Notes under the pieces: model-generated
Told to the model about the DNA's origin: nothing
Database searches by the model: none
What the model saw: only the letters and a program-made list of their open reading frames with translations
Shown here: positions 27,513-38,018 of the stretch, piece after piece
How positions within the stretch are numbered: position 1 is the stretch's first letter
Layout of the letters: each line of letters opens with the position of its first letter
Virus record (IMG/VR): IMGVR_UViG_3300043398_000262
Span: 1 to 58,085 of that record
Source of the DNA: a virus
Lineage: Duplodnaviria; Caudoviricetes
Direction: 5' to 3' (one strand)
DNA: 58,085 bases
Made by a program: the position numbers and the translations under genes

Positions 27513-30500
27513 ATGGCGCAAGCGGACCAGAAAACCAGCATTCTCCTGTCGGGAGGCGTTGACCAACAACAAGCTGACGAATTGTTCGGCGCAGTCGTCC
27601 AACAGGGAGCCGCCCCGCCACTGAAAGTCAGCCTGAACACGCGGCTTAGTGTCAAAAAAGGCGTTTGCGTCCGGGCTCCAGAGTGCTCCATTCCGGCTGC
27701 AGGTCAGTTGACCGCGGCGCGTGAGTCCTTTGGCGTTGTTAGTGACGGTCGACTTGAGAAGACAATCGTCTATAGGGCCCCAGATGCAGGCAACTACGTG
27801 TTGGCATCTGATGGCATGTCCGAAGACGGGTCCGGCCTGCTGGTGGATTCCCTGCAAGAGGGTAGGCAGAGCGCGTACTTTCCGCTGCACATCGACGACG
27901 CAGGAGCAATCCCCGGGTGTGAATCAGCGTCACAGGTGGCAACTACCGGCCAGTGGTTTGCTTGGATTCGCTCCGATAACTTTGGAGGAGCTCTCCAACT
28001 CTGGGTGTGCTGTGTAATCGACGGCGTTCTGATTGTTCCGCCTACGCAGCTCCCTGAGGCAGATTTCAGCCCGTCAACGGTCAAAGTCGGGCTGACGGCG
28101 CATGATGAGACCGCAGCCGTTTGGTGGACCGAAGAGCCAGAGGACCCTGAAACAGACGGCGTGCTGCCGGTTGTTTGGTATTCGGTGCTGTCTGTGAACG
28201 GCAATCAGGTGGCCTATGAGACGCCAGTTGAAGCGGCTATTGGCCAGCATGCAGATTGGGACGTTGCTCCGCTAGATAGCGGTTATGCAGTGCTGGCAGG
28301 AGCCGACGAATCAGTTCAGGACGATGGGGCGCTGTACCAGTACGAACTAGCGACTGGCGGGCGCACTCTGGTGGCGACCTTCGCTAACGCGGTCCAAGTC
28401 GGCGGCGATAGCTACGCTGCTGTGACCCATACGCCCAGCGTTGGCGTGGCGGTGGCCTATTCGTCTACTGACGCAAATTCTACTACGTACTGCTTCTATA
28501 CGTACAACGTCCTACTGGCTGAGTTGACGCCAGCCTACGCAGCCGATTCTATCGGCAGCACGTCAGGCCGAGTCGCGGTTCAGTTCTTGGTAGCACCTGA
28601 CGCCGGACTGAGTCATCTGGTTCTGGGAGTCGAGATTCACAGCGGTTCTTGGAGTGACGTAACGCTAGTGAGCGGTATAACGCAGCAATACGTTCAGTTC
28701 TTCACGGTTTCTACAGAGTCCAGCGGAGAGACCAGCTGTGAGACGATGTACTTCAACTCGCTGCAGAACCGAGGCGGGCAAGTAGTAACCGACAACGGCA
28801 CGTACCCGCTGTTCTTCCTGGCCAAGACGTATTCATCGGATTCTGAGACCACGATGCCCGGCGAAGATGACTATGTCGATGACCCGGCAGTAGTCGGGTA
28901 CTTGTTCGGGCCGTCGTATGGGACGCCAATCGCGATGGGCTCCCCGGTGCTGCGGTTCGGTAGCGTCCGTGGCGTAATGGCCCCTGCCTATACGCCCATA
29001 ACGACCATGGCTGGTGGCGCGTTGTCAAACGGTATCGGGACCATGCTAGTCCCTTACCGAAAGCAGTCGTTTGGCACAGAAAACCTGTACGGGCGGTACG
29101 TCAAAATCAGTTACGAAGCCAGGCAACCGGCTGTAGCCATTGATAAGGACGGTGCCGCTCTGGTCGCTGCCGGATTGCCTGTTCAGTGGGACGGTGTTGA
29201 GACAGTCGAAATCGGGGGCCCGCTCCACGCCCCGAAGCTGAAAGTTGTTCTCGATGCCACGGGCGGAATTATCCCCCCAGCCGGCGTCTACAGCTTGGTA
29301 GCGCACTACCAGTGGACTGACGCTGCTGGCCTGGTGCATCGGTCACGACCAAGCCAAATCAAGACTGTGACGGCCAATGGCACAACCGAACGTATCGGCG
29401 CATTGGTAACCCGACCCGATTCGCTGAAAAACTCAGGGTTTCCTTGGGCTGCTGTCGACGTGCTGTTGTACGCAACCGACACCGATGGGCTTACCTATCA
29501 TTTGGTTGACACAGCACCCGTCTACACCAGCGACTACGCCAAATGGGACGGTATCGGGCAGTCCTTGTCTGGCGGCGACCAATTCGTAAATACGTCTAAC
29601 CCGACCATCTACAGCACTGGTACGGCCGGCGAAGAGCTTACGCCACAACCGCCACCTCCCTTGCGCGATATCTGTATTGTCGGGTCGCGCTGCTGGGGCG
29701 TCGATGCTGAGATTCCTACGCGCCTGGTGTACTCCAAGCTCAGAATTTCTGGCGTCGGGTTTGAGTTCTTCCCTGCAGGTGACGTGTTGCTGCCTTCTGA
29801 AGCGGGCAATATCTTGGCTATTCGAGAGATGGCCGGCACCTTGGCGGTGTTCACAGAGCGAGCAGTTTTCCAAGTTGCTGACAGTGGTCCCAATAATACT
29901 GGTACCGGCGGCACCTTCGGTCCGGCTTACAAGATTTCGGACGTCGGGTCATTGTACCGTCTTGCTGTTCAAACAACGCCAGCCGGTATCGTGTTTCTGA
30001 CGACCACGGGCCGCTTCTGTATGCTGGCTGGTGGAGCCGTGACTCAGCTACCAGGTATCGAGCTTACGACTGGTGTGCTCACGCCTGACCAGGTCTCCGG
30101 GTGCTTTGTCCTGGACGATGCTGACGAGGCGGTATTTGTCGTAGAAGACGAAGCCAAGGTCTACAACTTCGCCACCCAGCGTTGGACTACGTGGGAGCTG
30201 CCTACGACTCCCAGCATCGTCGCCCAGTCGAATACTTCGCGCAATGTCGCGCTGCTGTACGAACCTACCGAAGGCGCCATCCGTCGGCTGGAGTCGGATT
30301 CTCTAAGTACCACCGCCAACATGCGTTGGGAGACTGACTGGATTTTGCTTAACGGCGATTTCCAGGACCATGTGCTTATTCGCCAGGTCATTTTGTCGGC
30401 CTATGCCTTGACGCCTTGCGGTGTAACTCTAGAGGTGTATACAAATTACGACAGTACCGCCAGTACGTCATTGAGCTGGTCTGCTGCCGAAATCACTGCG

Positions 30501-30710
30501 CTACTGGCGGGCGGAACGCGATTCTCGGTGCGTATCGAGCCACGCCAGCAGCCCACCAGAGCAGTCAAGTTTGCCGTTATCGAGGCAGCCGACGCGACCG
30601 AAGAGCCAACTGTGCGGCATGGTATGCGGCCCATATCGCTGACCCTGATTCATGCGTTTGAGTCGATGAACTACGAAGAGGCGTTCGGCCCCAACGCCTT
30701 CAAGGGCTGA
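27513..30710 (+). CDS. Tail nozzle/stabilisation protein (P22 gp10/T7 gp12-like)
   Basis: 1065 aa, beta-rich; RLVYSK, LAVFTERAVF, TPAGIVF, VYNFATQRWT propeller-like repeats. Confidence 0.65.
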   Translation: MAQADQKTSILLSGGVDQQQADELFGAVVQQGAAPPLKVSLNTRLSVKKGVCVRAPECSIPAAGQLTAARESFGVVSDGRLEKTIVYRAPDAGNYVLASDGMSEDGSGLLVDSLQEGRQSAYFPLHIDDAGAIPGCESASQVATTGQWFAWIRSDNFGGALQLWVCCVIDGVLIVPPTQLPEADFSPSTVKVGLTAHDETAAVWWTEEPEDPETDGVLPVVWYSVLSVNGNQVAYETPVEAAIGQHADWDVAPLDSGYAVLAGADESVQDDGALYQYELATGGRTLVATFANAVQVGGDSYAAVTHTPSVGVAVAYSSTDANSTTYCFYTYNVLLAELTPAYAADSIGSTSGRVAVQFLVAPDAGLSHLVLGVEIHSGSWSDVTLVSGITQQYVQFFTVSTESSGETSCETMYFNSLQNRGGQVVTDNGTYPLFFLAKTYSSDSETTMPGEDDYVDDPAVVGYLFGPSYGTPIAMGSPVLRFGSVRGVMAPAYTPITTMAGGALSNGIGTMLVPYRKQSFGTENLYGRYVKISYEARQPAVAIDKDGAALVAAGLPVQWDGVETVEIGGPLHAPKLKVVLDATGGIIPPAGVYSLVAHYQWTDAAGLVHRSRPSQIKTVTANGTTERIGALVTRPDSLKNSGFPWAAVDVLLYATDTDGLTYHLVDTAPVYTSDYAKWDGIGQSLSGGDQFVNTSNPTIYSTGTAGEELTPQPPPPLRDICIVGSRCWGVDAEIPTRLVYSKLRISGVGFEFFPAGDVLLPSEAGNILAIREMAGTLAVFTERAVFQVADSGPNNTGTGGTFGPAYKISDVGSLYRLAVQTTPAGIVFLTTTGRFCMLAGGAVTQLPGIELTTGVLTPDQVSGCFVLDDADEAVFVVEDEAKVYNFATQRWTTWELPTTPSIVAQSNTSRNVALLYEPTEGAIRRLESDSLSTTANMRWETDWILLNGDFQDHVLIRQVILSAYALTPCGVTLEVYTNYDSTASTSLSWSAAEITALLAGGTRFSVRIEPRQQPTRAVKFAVIEAADATEEPTVRHGMRPISLTLIHAFESMNYEEAFGPNAFKG

Positions 30711-30760
30711 TGGGCATTTTCTTCTAGGCAGCTTCGCTGGTTTGTGGCGTAATACTGAGT

Positions 30761-31255
30761 ATGAAGTTCGTCGCGCTAGTGCTGGCAGTCCTGGTGGTTG
30801 GTTGTGCCGAGTGGGAGCCGGACCAGTTCCCAGTAGCTGTCAATTTGGATAGCACCCTTAGCGCCGAACAGAAAGACGCCGTAGAAACCGCCGCTGAGCG
30901 CATCAACGATGCAGCTGGGTTTGAAGTCTTACGCACCGAAGAGGACAACGGGCGCCAGATTCAACGCAACCGAATCCAGGTAAATGACCACTCTCCAGAT
31001 AACGGAGCCGTTGGTGTGGCTATCCAAAGACACCGCAGCTGCCGTGTACGTCTGGGAGAGGTGACTATGGCGCCTGTAGATACAGCAACCCACGAAATGC
31101 TACATTGTCTAGGGCTTGAGCATGAAAGGAGCGACCCAGAGTCGATTATGTCTCCGGATGGTTCTGATAAGGATTTCAGCCAACAGATTCGCCCTAGGCA
31201 CGTTGACTATTTGCGTGAACTGGCCGGGCTGGAGCCGATTGACTGGAATCAGTAA
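30761..31255 (+). CDS. Metzincin (matrixin-like) zinc protease lipoprotein
   Basis: LVVGC lipobox; HEMLHCLGLEH; Met-turn SIMSP. Confidence 0.85.
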   Translation: MKFVALVLAVLVVGCAEWEPDQFPVAVNLDSTLSAEQKDAVETAAERINDAAGFEVLRTEEDNGRQIQRNRIQVNDHSPDNGAVGVAIQRHRSCRVRLGEVTMAPVDTATHEMLHCLGLEHERSDPESIMSPDGSDKDFSQQIRPRHVDYLRELAGLEPIDWNQ

Positions 31256-31302
31256 CTCTTCTCCAGGGACCGTAACTACCCCCAGCATGTCAGCTTAGGT
31301 GC

Positions 31303-32415
31303 ATGGCTACTAGAGGCGCAACCAGGCGGCGGAAGGCTCGACAGCTGCGCAAGCAGGGGCCCCAAAAAACTTATTTGGGCGGCACTAAGGAAGCCCAAGA
31401 AAAGTTCATTGACCAGGCCGGAAAAGAACGTGCTGGCGCTCAGACGCGCGAGCGCCAGGCGGACACGGATTCGCGTAAGGAGCTGAACTATCAGCGCCAG
31501 CAAGAGTCCAAGGCCGGGCAAGAATACGACGCTGACCGTCAGACGGCAAGCGGCTCACGAGGCGGCTATGAGAGCGCCATTGGTGGCATTGGCTCAAGCG
31601 CCCAGAACGCCATGGGTATCCGCAACAACGCGCTGGCTCAGAATCAGTTGACTGGTTCTGCAGAGAGCATCCTAGCTCAGCGTCAGGCACAAATGGCTGG
31701 AGTGCCTACTATCGGCCAAGCGACCGATACGGGTATTGCCCAGAACTACAAGAACGCCCAGACGGCGCTTGGGCAGTCCCTGGGGCTCCAGGGTCGTCAG
31801 ATGCGCGGCCAGGCCGCTGGTCTGGGTGAAGGCGGCGCGCTTGCTATGCAGCAAGCGTTGGCTTCGGGTGGGGCCAATGCAGCCGACTTGATGGCTCAGA
31901 ACCAAGCCCAGCAGAACCAGCTTGCGTCTCAGATGCGGTTCAACGCGGCCATGACGCAGAACCAGCAAGATGTTGATGCGGCCAACCAGGCAGTAGATTT
32001 GCGTATGGGCGCAGCTGAGCAAGAACGGCAAGCTGCTCTAGGATTCGCTGACTCTAATGCCGGCATGGCTTACGATGCAGGACTCCAGGGCTTGAATGCG
32101 CGAGGCGCACTCATGCAGCAAGACGCTGCCACTAGAGACACTAGCGGTGGCCGGCAGCTCAACATGCTTGGGATGCGCGGCGATATGACCCAAAATAGAG
32201 CCAGCGCTGCGCAGCAAGGCGTGCGCGACGCCAATCAAAATCAGCAATTCAACTTGGGCACCGCGGCGGGCATCGACCAAACCAACTCCGCGAACGCTTA
32301 CCAGAATGCCATGGCTAACTCGCCAATGGCCAAGCTTACCAACATCGTCGGCGCCCATGACGCAATCAAGGGTTCTGCTCCTCTGTCGAATCTGTTCGGC
32401 TTCGGGAACAAATAA
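31303..32415 (+). CDS. Putative ejection (internal virion) protein
   Basis: A/Q/G-rich helical protein after the nozzle gene. Confidence 0.55.
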   Translation: MATRGATRRRKARQLRKQGPQKTYLGGTKEAQEKFIDQAGKERAGAQTRERQADTDSRKELNYQRQQESKAGQEYDADRQTASGSRGGYESAIGGIGSSAQNAMGIRNNALAQNQLTGSAESILAQRQAQMAGVPTIGQATDTGIAQNYKNAQTALGQSLGLQGRQMRGQAAGLGEGGALAMQQALASGGANAADLMAQNQAQQNQLASQMRFNAAMTQNQQDVDAANQAVDLRMGAAEQERQAALGFADSNAGMAYDAGLQGLNARGALMQQDAATRDTSGGRQLNMLGMRGDMTQNRASAAQQGVRDANQNQQFNLGTAAGIDQTNSANAYQNAMANSPMAKLTNIVGAHDAIKGSAPLSNLFGFGNK

Positions 32416-32417
32416 AA

Positions 32418-32927
32418 ATGTTCGACTTCTCAAGTCTGATGAACATGGGCGGCGGCCAAGGCGGCGGGCTGGGCGGTCTATTTGGCGGCGGTGGCGAAGG
32501 CGGGGGCTCAGTCAACAAAGCGCTGGAAATGACCGGCTCTAAGTACCAACTACCGGACGCCGCAACTTCGGCAACAGGAGCTCCGGCTGATGGGGCTGTT
32601 GCGCCTGCTCAGACACAAGCGACGGTTCCGCCGCCTGAATCAACGCCCATGCTTGAGAACAAGCCTTTGGTCAAACCGAACCAGTCTGACGTCGGAAATA
32701 TCGCCAGTGACGTTGCGAATGTGACGTCTATTGGTGGCGCCGACGGCCAGCAGAACAACCTAATGAACAGCAACTTGCGCAAGACGGTCAAAAAAGTCGC
32801 GAGCGCCGTTGCTTCGTTCTACACAGGCGGTTTGGCGTCAGCTGCAACTAACATGCTTGGTTCGCAAATGGCTGAAAATAACCCCAAGGGCGCTGGCGTC
32901 GTCAGCACAGCAGGGTCGCTTCTATGA
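32418..32927 (+). CDS. Putative ejection protein
   Basis: Gly-rich, with amphipathic VASAVASFYTGG segment. Confidence 0.5.
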   Translation: MFDFSSLMNMGGGQGGGLGGLFGGGGEGGGSVNKALEMTGSKYQLPDAATSATGAPADGAVAPAQTQATVPPPESTPMLENKPLVKPNQSDVGNIASDVANVTSIGGADGQQNNLMNSNLRKTVKKVASAVASFYTGGLASAATNMLGSQMAENNPKGAGVVSTAGSLL

Positions 32928-34774
32928 AATCTAGCTTCGACAAACGTCTAGTTTCAGAGGCGCTAGAGAAGTCTGGCGGCGATAGCTCGTGGCTAGAAGC
33001 AGATAACCAGCAGTCAAAGCCTGAGCTGGTCGACCCGCTAATGTCGATTCCTGAGGAGTCCGAATCGTCGGCTGTTCAGGACTCCGGGCCGCTTGCGTCA
33101 ATTGCACCTCAAATAGAGGAACCGCCCGCTCCCAGTATACCGGCACCCGTTGAAACGCCCTCTACTGTACCTACGTCCAGCAAACGTCCTGCAACCAAAC
33201 AGTCTACCCAGCCCGTCACCACCGACGAAGCGCCAGCATCAACTGTCGTAGAAAAGCCTGTCGACGTCGAAGACCGAACATTCAACCCGAAAGCGTCTAG
33301 TAAAACGCTGCAGACCGACCTGCAGGAGGGTCAGAACCGCCAACTCGATTTGACCGAAGCGACCAAGGGAGGAATTGCGGCCGAAGGCTCGGCGGCCCAG
33401 GCCGATGAATTCGGAAAACTGCGCGAAATTCAGAAGAGTCGGCGGGAAGCAGTAACTAATCGCCTAGACCTAAACCGAAATCAGAAAGAGGTTTTCGAGC
33501 AGCGAATGTTTGCCAAGGTAGACGAAATGTCTAATCGTATGCGCCATCCGCCGCAAGATACTACAAACATTATGCTGAGCATTTTGGGGTCTGCTTTGTC
33601 CTCAAAAGGCGGCGCTGGAGCTGCGATTTCTAAAGGCATAGGCATGGCCATGCAGCAAAAAATGCTGGATTGGCAAGCCGGCGTAGCCGCGGACCAAGCC
33701 GAATTTGCCGGCATTAAGTCGCTCTTCGATTCTCAAAATCAAGACAGCGAATCGGAGCTGAGGCAGGAAGCCAATCTAAGTGCATTGGCTACTTCGGAGT
33801 TCGATTCGGCTCTGAAACAAATCGCAGCCTCCACCCAGTCCAAGGAAGCCAAGGCAGCTGCTGAGGCGGCGCGACTGGAGCTAAGGCAGAAGTTTGTCCA
33901 ACATCAGCTTGACATCCGAAAGCGTGCCGCCACTACAGGTCAGCAAGACGAAATTATTAAGTTCGTTGCTAGTCAGCCGACCCCTGAGCTTCAAGCTGCA
34001 GCAGCAGCAAAGCTGGGCAAGCGTGGGCTCCAGGCCTTGGTCGAGATTCAAAAGGGCGTCAAGGGTGCCGCGGATATCAGTGCTTCGGCACTCGGTGGCG
34101 CCAAGACGGCTGAGGAAATTGCTGGAGTCCAGGCCAACACGGCCAAGACTCAGGCTGAGGCTGCGAAGCTTCAGCAAGAAGCCGGCTTGCTGGGCTCGGC
34201 CCAGGAGCCCTTGTCTGGCTACAAGGTCGACAAGCCGCAGGTGTGGAACAGTCTGGAGAAGTCTGTAAAAGCCGATTTCACCAAGGGCGCCGCCTCCATT
34301 CCAGGGCTTATGCAGCAGCTTAAAGACTACAAGTCTTTGGTCGCTAAATACGGCACCGAGAACCTTCCGACTGAAGCAAAAGCCAAAATGCAGGGGCTTC
34401 ACGCAGGTATCCTCAGTGGTATTAAGGAAGCAGCTGAATTGGGCGCCTTGGACAATGGTGTTATTGGTCTAGTGGAACGCCAAATAGGCGACCCAACCGG
34501 TTGGAATCTCGGGTTTGGCAATGTGTGGGAGCAGGCCGACACTAAGGCCGACACTACAATGCAGACCATTAGAAACTCGGCTGCATCCAAGGCACGCGCC
34601 TACGGCCTGGATATCGGTGAAGGAACTCTTGGGGTAGATGTGTCTACGACGGCGCCTCTGGCTTCTACCTCTGGACCTGTTCCTATGGTAAACCCCCAGA
34701 CGGGTCAAAAACTAGACGTGGACCCTTCCAAGATTGCCAACGCCGAACGGCTAGGCTTTACGCGCGCAAGGTAG
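32924..34774 (+). CDS. Putative ejection protein
   Basis: 616 aa, helical/coiled-coil, within the internal virion block. Confidence 0.55.
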   Translation: MKSSFDKRLVSEALEKSGGDSSWLEADNQQSKPELVDPLMSIPEESESSAVQDSGPLASIAPQIEEPPAPSIPAPVETPSTVPTSSKRPATKQSTQPVTTDEAPASTVVEKPVDVEDRTFNPKASSKTLQTDLQEGQNRQLDLTEATKGGIAAEGSAAQADEFGKLREIQKSRREAVTNRLDLNRNQKEVFEQRMFAKVDEMSNRMRHPPQDTTNIMLSILGSALSSKGGAGAAISKGIGMAMQQKMLDWQAGVAADQAEFAGIKSLFDSQNQDSESELRQEANLSALATSEFDSALKQIAASTQSKEAKAAAEAARLELRQKFVQHQLDIRKRAATTGQQDEIIKFVASQPTPELQAAAAAKLGKRGLQALVEIQKGVKGAADISASALGGAKTAEEIAGVQANTAKTQAEAAKLQQEAGLLGSAQEPLSGYKVDKPQVWNSLEKSVKADFTKGAASIPGLMQQLKDYKSLVAKYGTENLPTEAKAKMQGLHAGILSGIKEAAELGALDNGVIGLVERQIGDPTGWNLGFGNVWEQADTKADTTMQTIRNSAASKARAYGLDIGEGTLGVDVSTTAPLASTSGPVPMVNPQTGQKLDVDPSKIANAERLGFTRAR

Positions 34775-34780
34775 TAATAA

Positions 34781-37700
34781 ATGGCGACTCCCGAAGAGCT
34801 AGTTGACCTGCAGACGCCCGCTTCTCCAGGTTTGCTGGACGCAGAGACAATCGCCGACTTACAAACGCCGGCTGCGCCTACTCGTGTCTATAACGAGATG
34901 ACTGGCGAGCTAGGGTATATCCCTGCATCTCAGACAGACGCACTGGGCGGCAGCTTGCGGCTGGCTACTCCTGAGGAGATTGCCAACCAGGACCGCATTG
35001 ACGAAAACAGTGGATTTGGCTCCAAGATGCTCGGTCGTACCGAGGCGTTCTCGCGGGGCGCTACACTAGGAACCAGTGGCCTGGTTGGTGACCTAGGTGC
35101 AGGGCTGGGCGCGTCTTTGGCTTCGCCCGAAGCCCCCAGGGTTGCCGGTCCAGGAATTGATGCACCCCTAGATGCAACTGGTTCGAACTTCTCACGAGGT
35201 TTTGAGCAGGCAACGCTAGATAGAGAAGCGCGCCAGGCCGCTCTCGGTGGCGAGGCCTATGCTTGGGAGGCCCTAGGGGCAATCGCACCTGCTGCCCTCA
35301 GCGGCGGCGGGACGCTGGGCGCCAAGGCGTTGGCGGCTACTCCAGCAGCTCTGCTAGAGCGAGCTGGAGCCGGTCTAGCCGGCAAACTGGGTGCTGGCGC
35401 AGCCGGCTCTACGGTGCTGCAAAACGCCCTAGGTAGGGCCGCAGGAGGCGCCCTAGAAGGCGCCGTAGGGTCAGCGGTAACGACCGCAGCCGATTTGGCA
35501 CCCGAAGTTGTCGAGGACCCAATCGGCGCAGCCGAAGCTGTTGGTATGTCAGCGGCTACTGGGTTGCTGATTGGCGGCGCGGCAGGTGGACTTTTTGGCG
35601 CTGGTGAGGGGTTGCTGCGGCGTGCTGGCAACCAGCTTGACAACGCTGCTCCTGTTGCGGCAGAACTGGCCGAGCCGCCGCCTGTCCAGGCTACAGCTGA
35701 CGATATCGTCGCAGCCAACACTGTTCGGCCGATGTCAGCGGCAGAGCTTCCGGCTCCTCAGCGAGGTAAAATCCAGGAGCTGGTAGACCGTCAAAATGCG
35801 CTGAACGGCGATTATGACAAGGCAGCCGATGAAGCTAGTCGAAAGCTGTGGCGCGAGATGGAAGCGCAATCGCGCGACCAGGAGCAGTTCGACCTACTGA
35901 CAGGAATCGCAGCCAAGCGGCGAGCTAACGCTGTCCTGTCCGAGGAGCTTCTGGCAGAAGCCGCTGACCCGCTTGACCTGGCTCCAGAAGAGCTAGTCGC
36001 AGCTCAACCGTTCGATAACGGAGTCGTGCGTAGCCAAAGCAAAGGCAATCAGTGGTTCTCTATACCGCAGGAAGGCGCGCCGGCTGATGCGTCTGTCCAC
36101 GACGCGTTGGCGCGCGCGCGAATCTCAGAAACAGAGTTCCCTGACCTTGTTACGGTGAAGTTGATAAACGCTAGGCGGGGAGGGCTTGGCAAGGGTTTCG
36201 GGTCGAGGATATATGCTGACATCGCAGATTTCGCTGAAGAGCGAGGCAAGCGCATGGCCAGCGACGCAACCTCAGACCGTTCTGAGTTTGCAAATGCTTG
36301 GTGGCAGAAGCGAGTAGCCGAGGGTGTTGCGGAGTTCGACGAAGCCAGAGACAGATATGTCCTGACCGGGCGTATTCGCGGGCAGCGTCCGGTCGCTGCT
36401 GAGCAACCAAAGCAGCTCTCGCCTAAGATGGCTGCTAGACGTGATTCAGCGCAACAAATGGTCAAGGGGCTAGTCGACGAAATCAACGGATATCGAGCCG
36501 GTCTGCCGGACGCTGATACCCAGGGCCTAGCGCCGCTCTCCAAGGCGCTTCAGACCGACTTGGACCACGTCTATAGCGCTCTTGACCGCGGAGATTTGGC
36601 CGAAGGTTTCGACATTCTTGACCAACGCGTCCGACGTCGTCTAGGTGAAGTTGCCAACAACGCAAAGGACAAGCATATCAAGGACTTGGCCAAGAAGTTG
36701 TACGGCAATGCCCAGCAGTTCCTAGAAGACGAAGGCTTGTGGGGGCAACTGGCCCAAGCTCAAAAACAGGCTAACCCGACGTGGTCTGACCGCATCACTA
36801 AGTCGCAGGACTCCTATTGGCGTGGCATGTTCAACCAGGGCCTAGAAAAAGGCTCCGATGGTTGGGGTAACATGCGCGACGTGCGGTCAGACGCCGTCAA
36901 TGGGCTTGTGCGGTCTCTAGGGGACCCTGGCGCCGACAGCCTGGAGCGTTCTGTGCGGACGAATCTACGGGCCAGCGTAGCCGATGCTGCGAACCGCTCC
37001 AAAGCTTGGGGCTCGCCCGAAGCCCAGGCACTGGCCGACCGCATGGCCAAGCGAGCGGCTGATATCGAGAATCACCTAGACCGCGTGGCACTGGTGAAGC
37101 GCGACTACTTGGCAGCTCAGACGCCAGACACGCCCTTGAACGCTCTTAGAGCCGCGGTCTCCCAGGTCCCGGTAGTCGGGCCGGTGGCTAGTGCAGCAGC
37201 CAGCGCAGGCGCTAGAGCCAGTATGGGTCTGTTTGCGCGAGCCTATAGGAACGCTGGCAGCGGCATAACCAAGGCAGCCCGCAGCGCCGTCAAGACGGCT
37301 GCTGAGGGCGCCTCCAAGGTGGCGCGGTATGCGCCCATGGCGTCGACGGTAACGGAGTCCAAGCGCCAGGAGCTGGTTAGCGAAGCCCAGGCTCTACAGG
37401 ATATGCGGTCGCCCCAGACTCAGGCACTGTTGCGCCAAGCAGCCCGCATCGAGCAAACCAATCCGGTGCTGGCAGAGGCGATGGTCAACCACAAGTTGAC
37501 CCAGGCAGAATACATTGTCAATAAGCTGCCTACTCCACCTTCTAGTAGCCAGTTCGCACCGCCTGCAAAGCTTGACCCGGTATCAGCTCGCTCGATGAAT
37601 CGGACCGTGGCGGCTATCTCGGACCCAGCCAAGGCTGTCGAGCGCATGGGCAGCGGCTCAGCTAGCCCCGAAGACATTGACGTCGTTCAGAAGCTGTTTC

Positions 37701-37978
37701 CGGCCACATACAGCCGGTTTACCCAGGCTGTTGCGACTGAAATGCAGCGGATGAAGATTCCGCCTAGTTTGCAGCAGCGGCTGCGAATAGGTCGCATAAC
37801 TGGGCTGAACGTTGACTCCAGTTTGGAGCGAGTAGGCGACCTACAGGCGCGAGCCAAAGCACCGGCGGGTGGCGAAGCCGAAGAGGAACAACCCGCCCAG
37901 AGCGGTGCTGCGGTACCACGCATGAATCCAGACGAAGTCTTCGGCACTCGGGCCGACCGAATTCTCAGTGGCTCCTAA
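34781..37978 (+). CDS. Large ejection/DNA-transfer protein with GNAT-like insert
   Basis: 1065 aa; Gly/Ala-rich hydrophobic N-terminal part; internal GKGFGSRIY...GKRMASD...S..A..WW segment. Confidence 0.6.
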   Translation: MATPEELVDLQTPASPGLLDAETIADLQTPAAPTRVYNEMTGELGYIPASQTDALGGSLRLATPEEIANQDRIDENSGFGSKMLGRTEAFSRGATLGTSGLVGDLGAGLGASLASPEAPRVAGPGIDAPLDATGSNFSRGFEQATLDREARQAALGGEAYAWEALGAIAPAALSGGGTLGAKALAATPAALLERAGAGLAGKLGAGAAGSTVLQNALGRAAGGALEGAVGSAVTTAADLAPEVVEDPIGAAEAVGMSAATGLLIGGAAGGLFGAGEGLLRRAGNQLDNAAPVAAELAEPPPVQATADDIVAANTVRPMSAAELPAPQRGKIQELVDRQNALNGDYDKAADEASRKLWREMEAQSRDQEQFDLLTGIAAKRRANAVLSEELLAEAADPLDLAPEELVAAQPFDNGVVRSQSKGNQWFSIPQEGAPADASVHDALARARISETEFPDLVTVKLINARRGGLGKGFGSRIYADIADFAEERGKRMASDATSDRSEFANAWWQKRVAEGVAEFDEARDRYVLTGRIRGQRPVAAEQPKQLSPKMAARRDSAQQMVKGLVDEINGYRAGLPDADTQGLAPLSKALQTDLDHVYSALDRGDLAEGFDILDQRVRRRLGEVANNAKDKHIKDLAKKLYGNAQQFLEDEGLWGQLAQAQKQANPTWSDRITKSQDSYWRGMFNQGLEKGSDGWGNMRDVRSDAVNGLVRSLGDPGADSLERSVRTNLRASVADAANRSKAWGSPEAQALADRMAKRAADIENHLDRVALVKRDYLAAQTPDTPLNALRAAVSQVPVVGPVASAAASAGARASMGLFARAYRNAGSGITKAARSAVKTAAEGASKVARYAPMASTVTESKRQELVSEAQALQDMRSPQTQALLRQAARIEQTNPVLAEAMVNHKLTQAEYIVNKLPTPPSSSQFAPPAKLDPVSARSMNRTVAAISDPAKAVERMGSGSASPEDIDVVQKLFPATYSRFTQAVATEMQRMKIPPSLQQRLRIGRITGLNVDSSLERVGDLQARAKAPAGGEAEEEQPAQSGAAVPRMNPDEVFGTRADRILSGS

Positions 37979-38018
37979 GCCGGTCAACACTCAGACCTAG
38001 GTTGCTAGGCTGTGAAAG

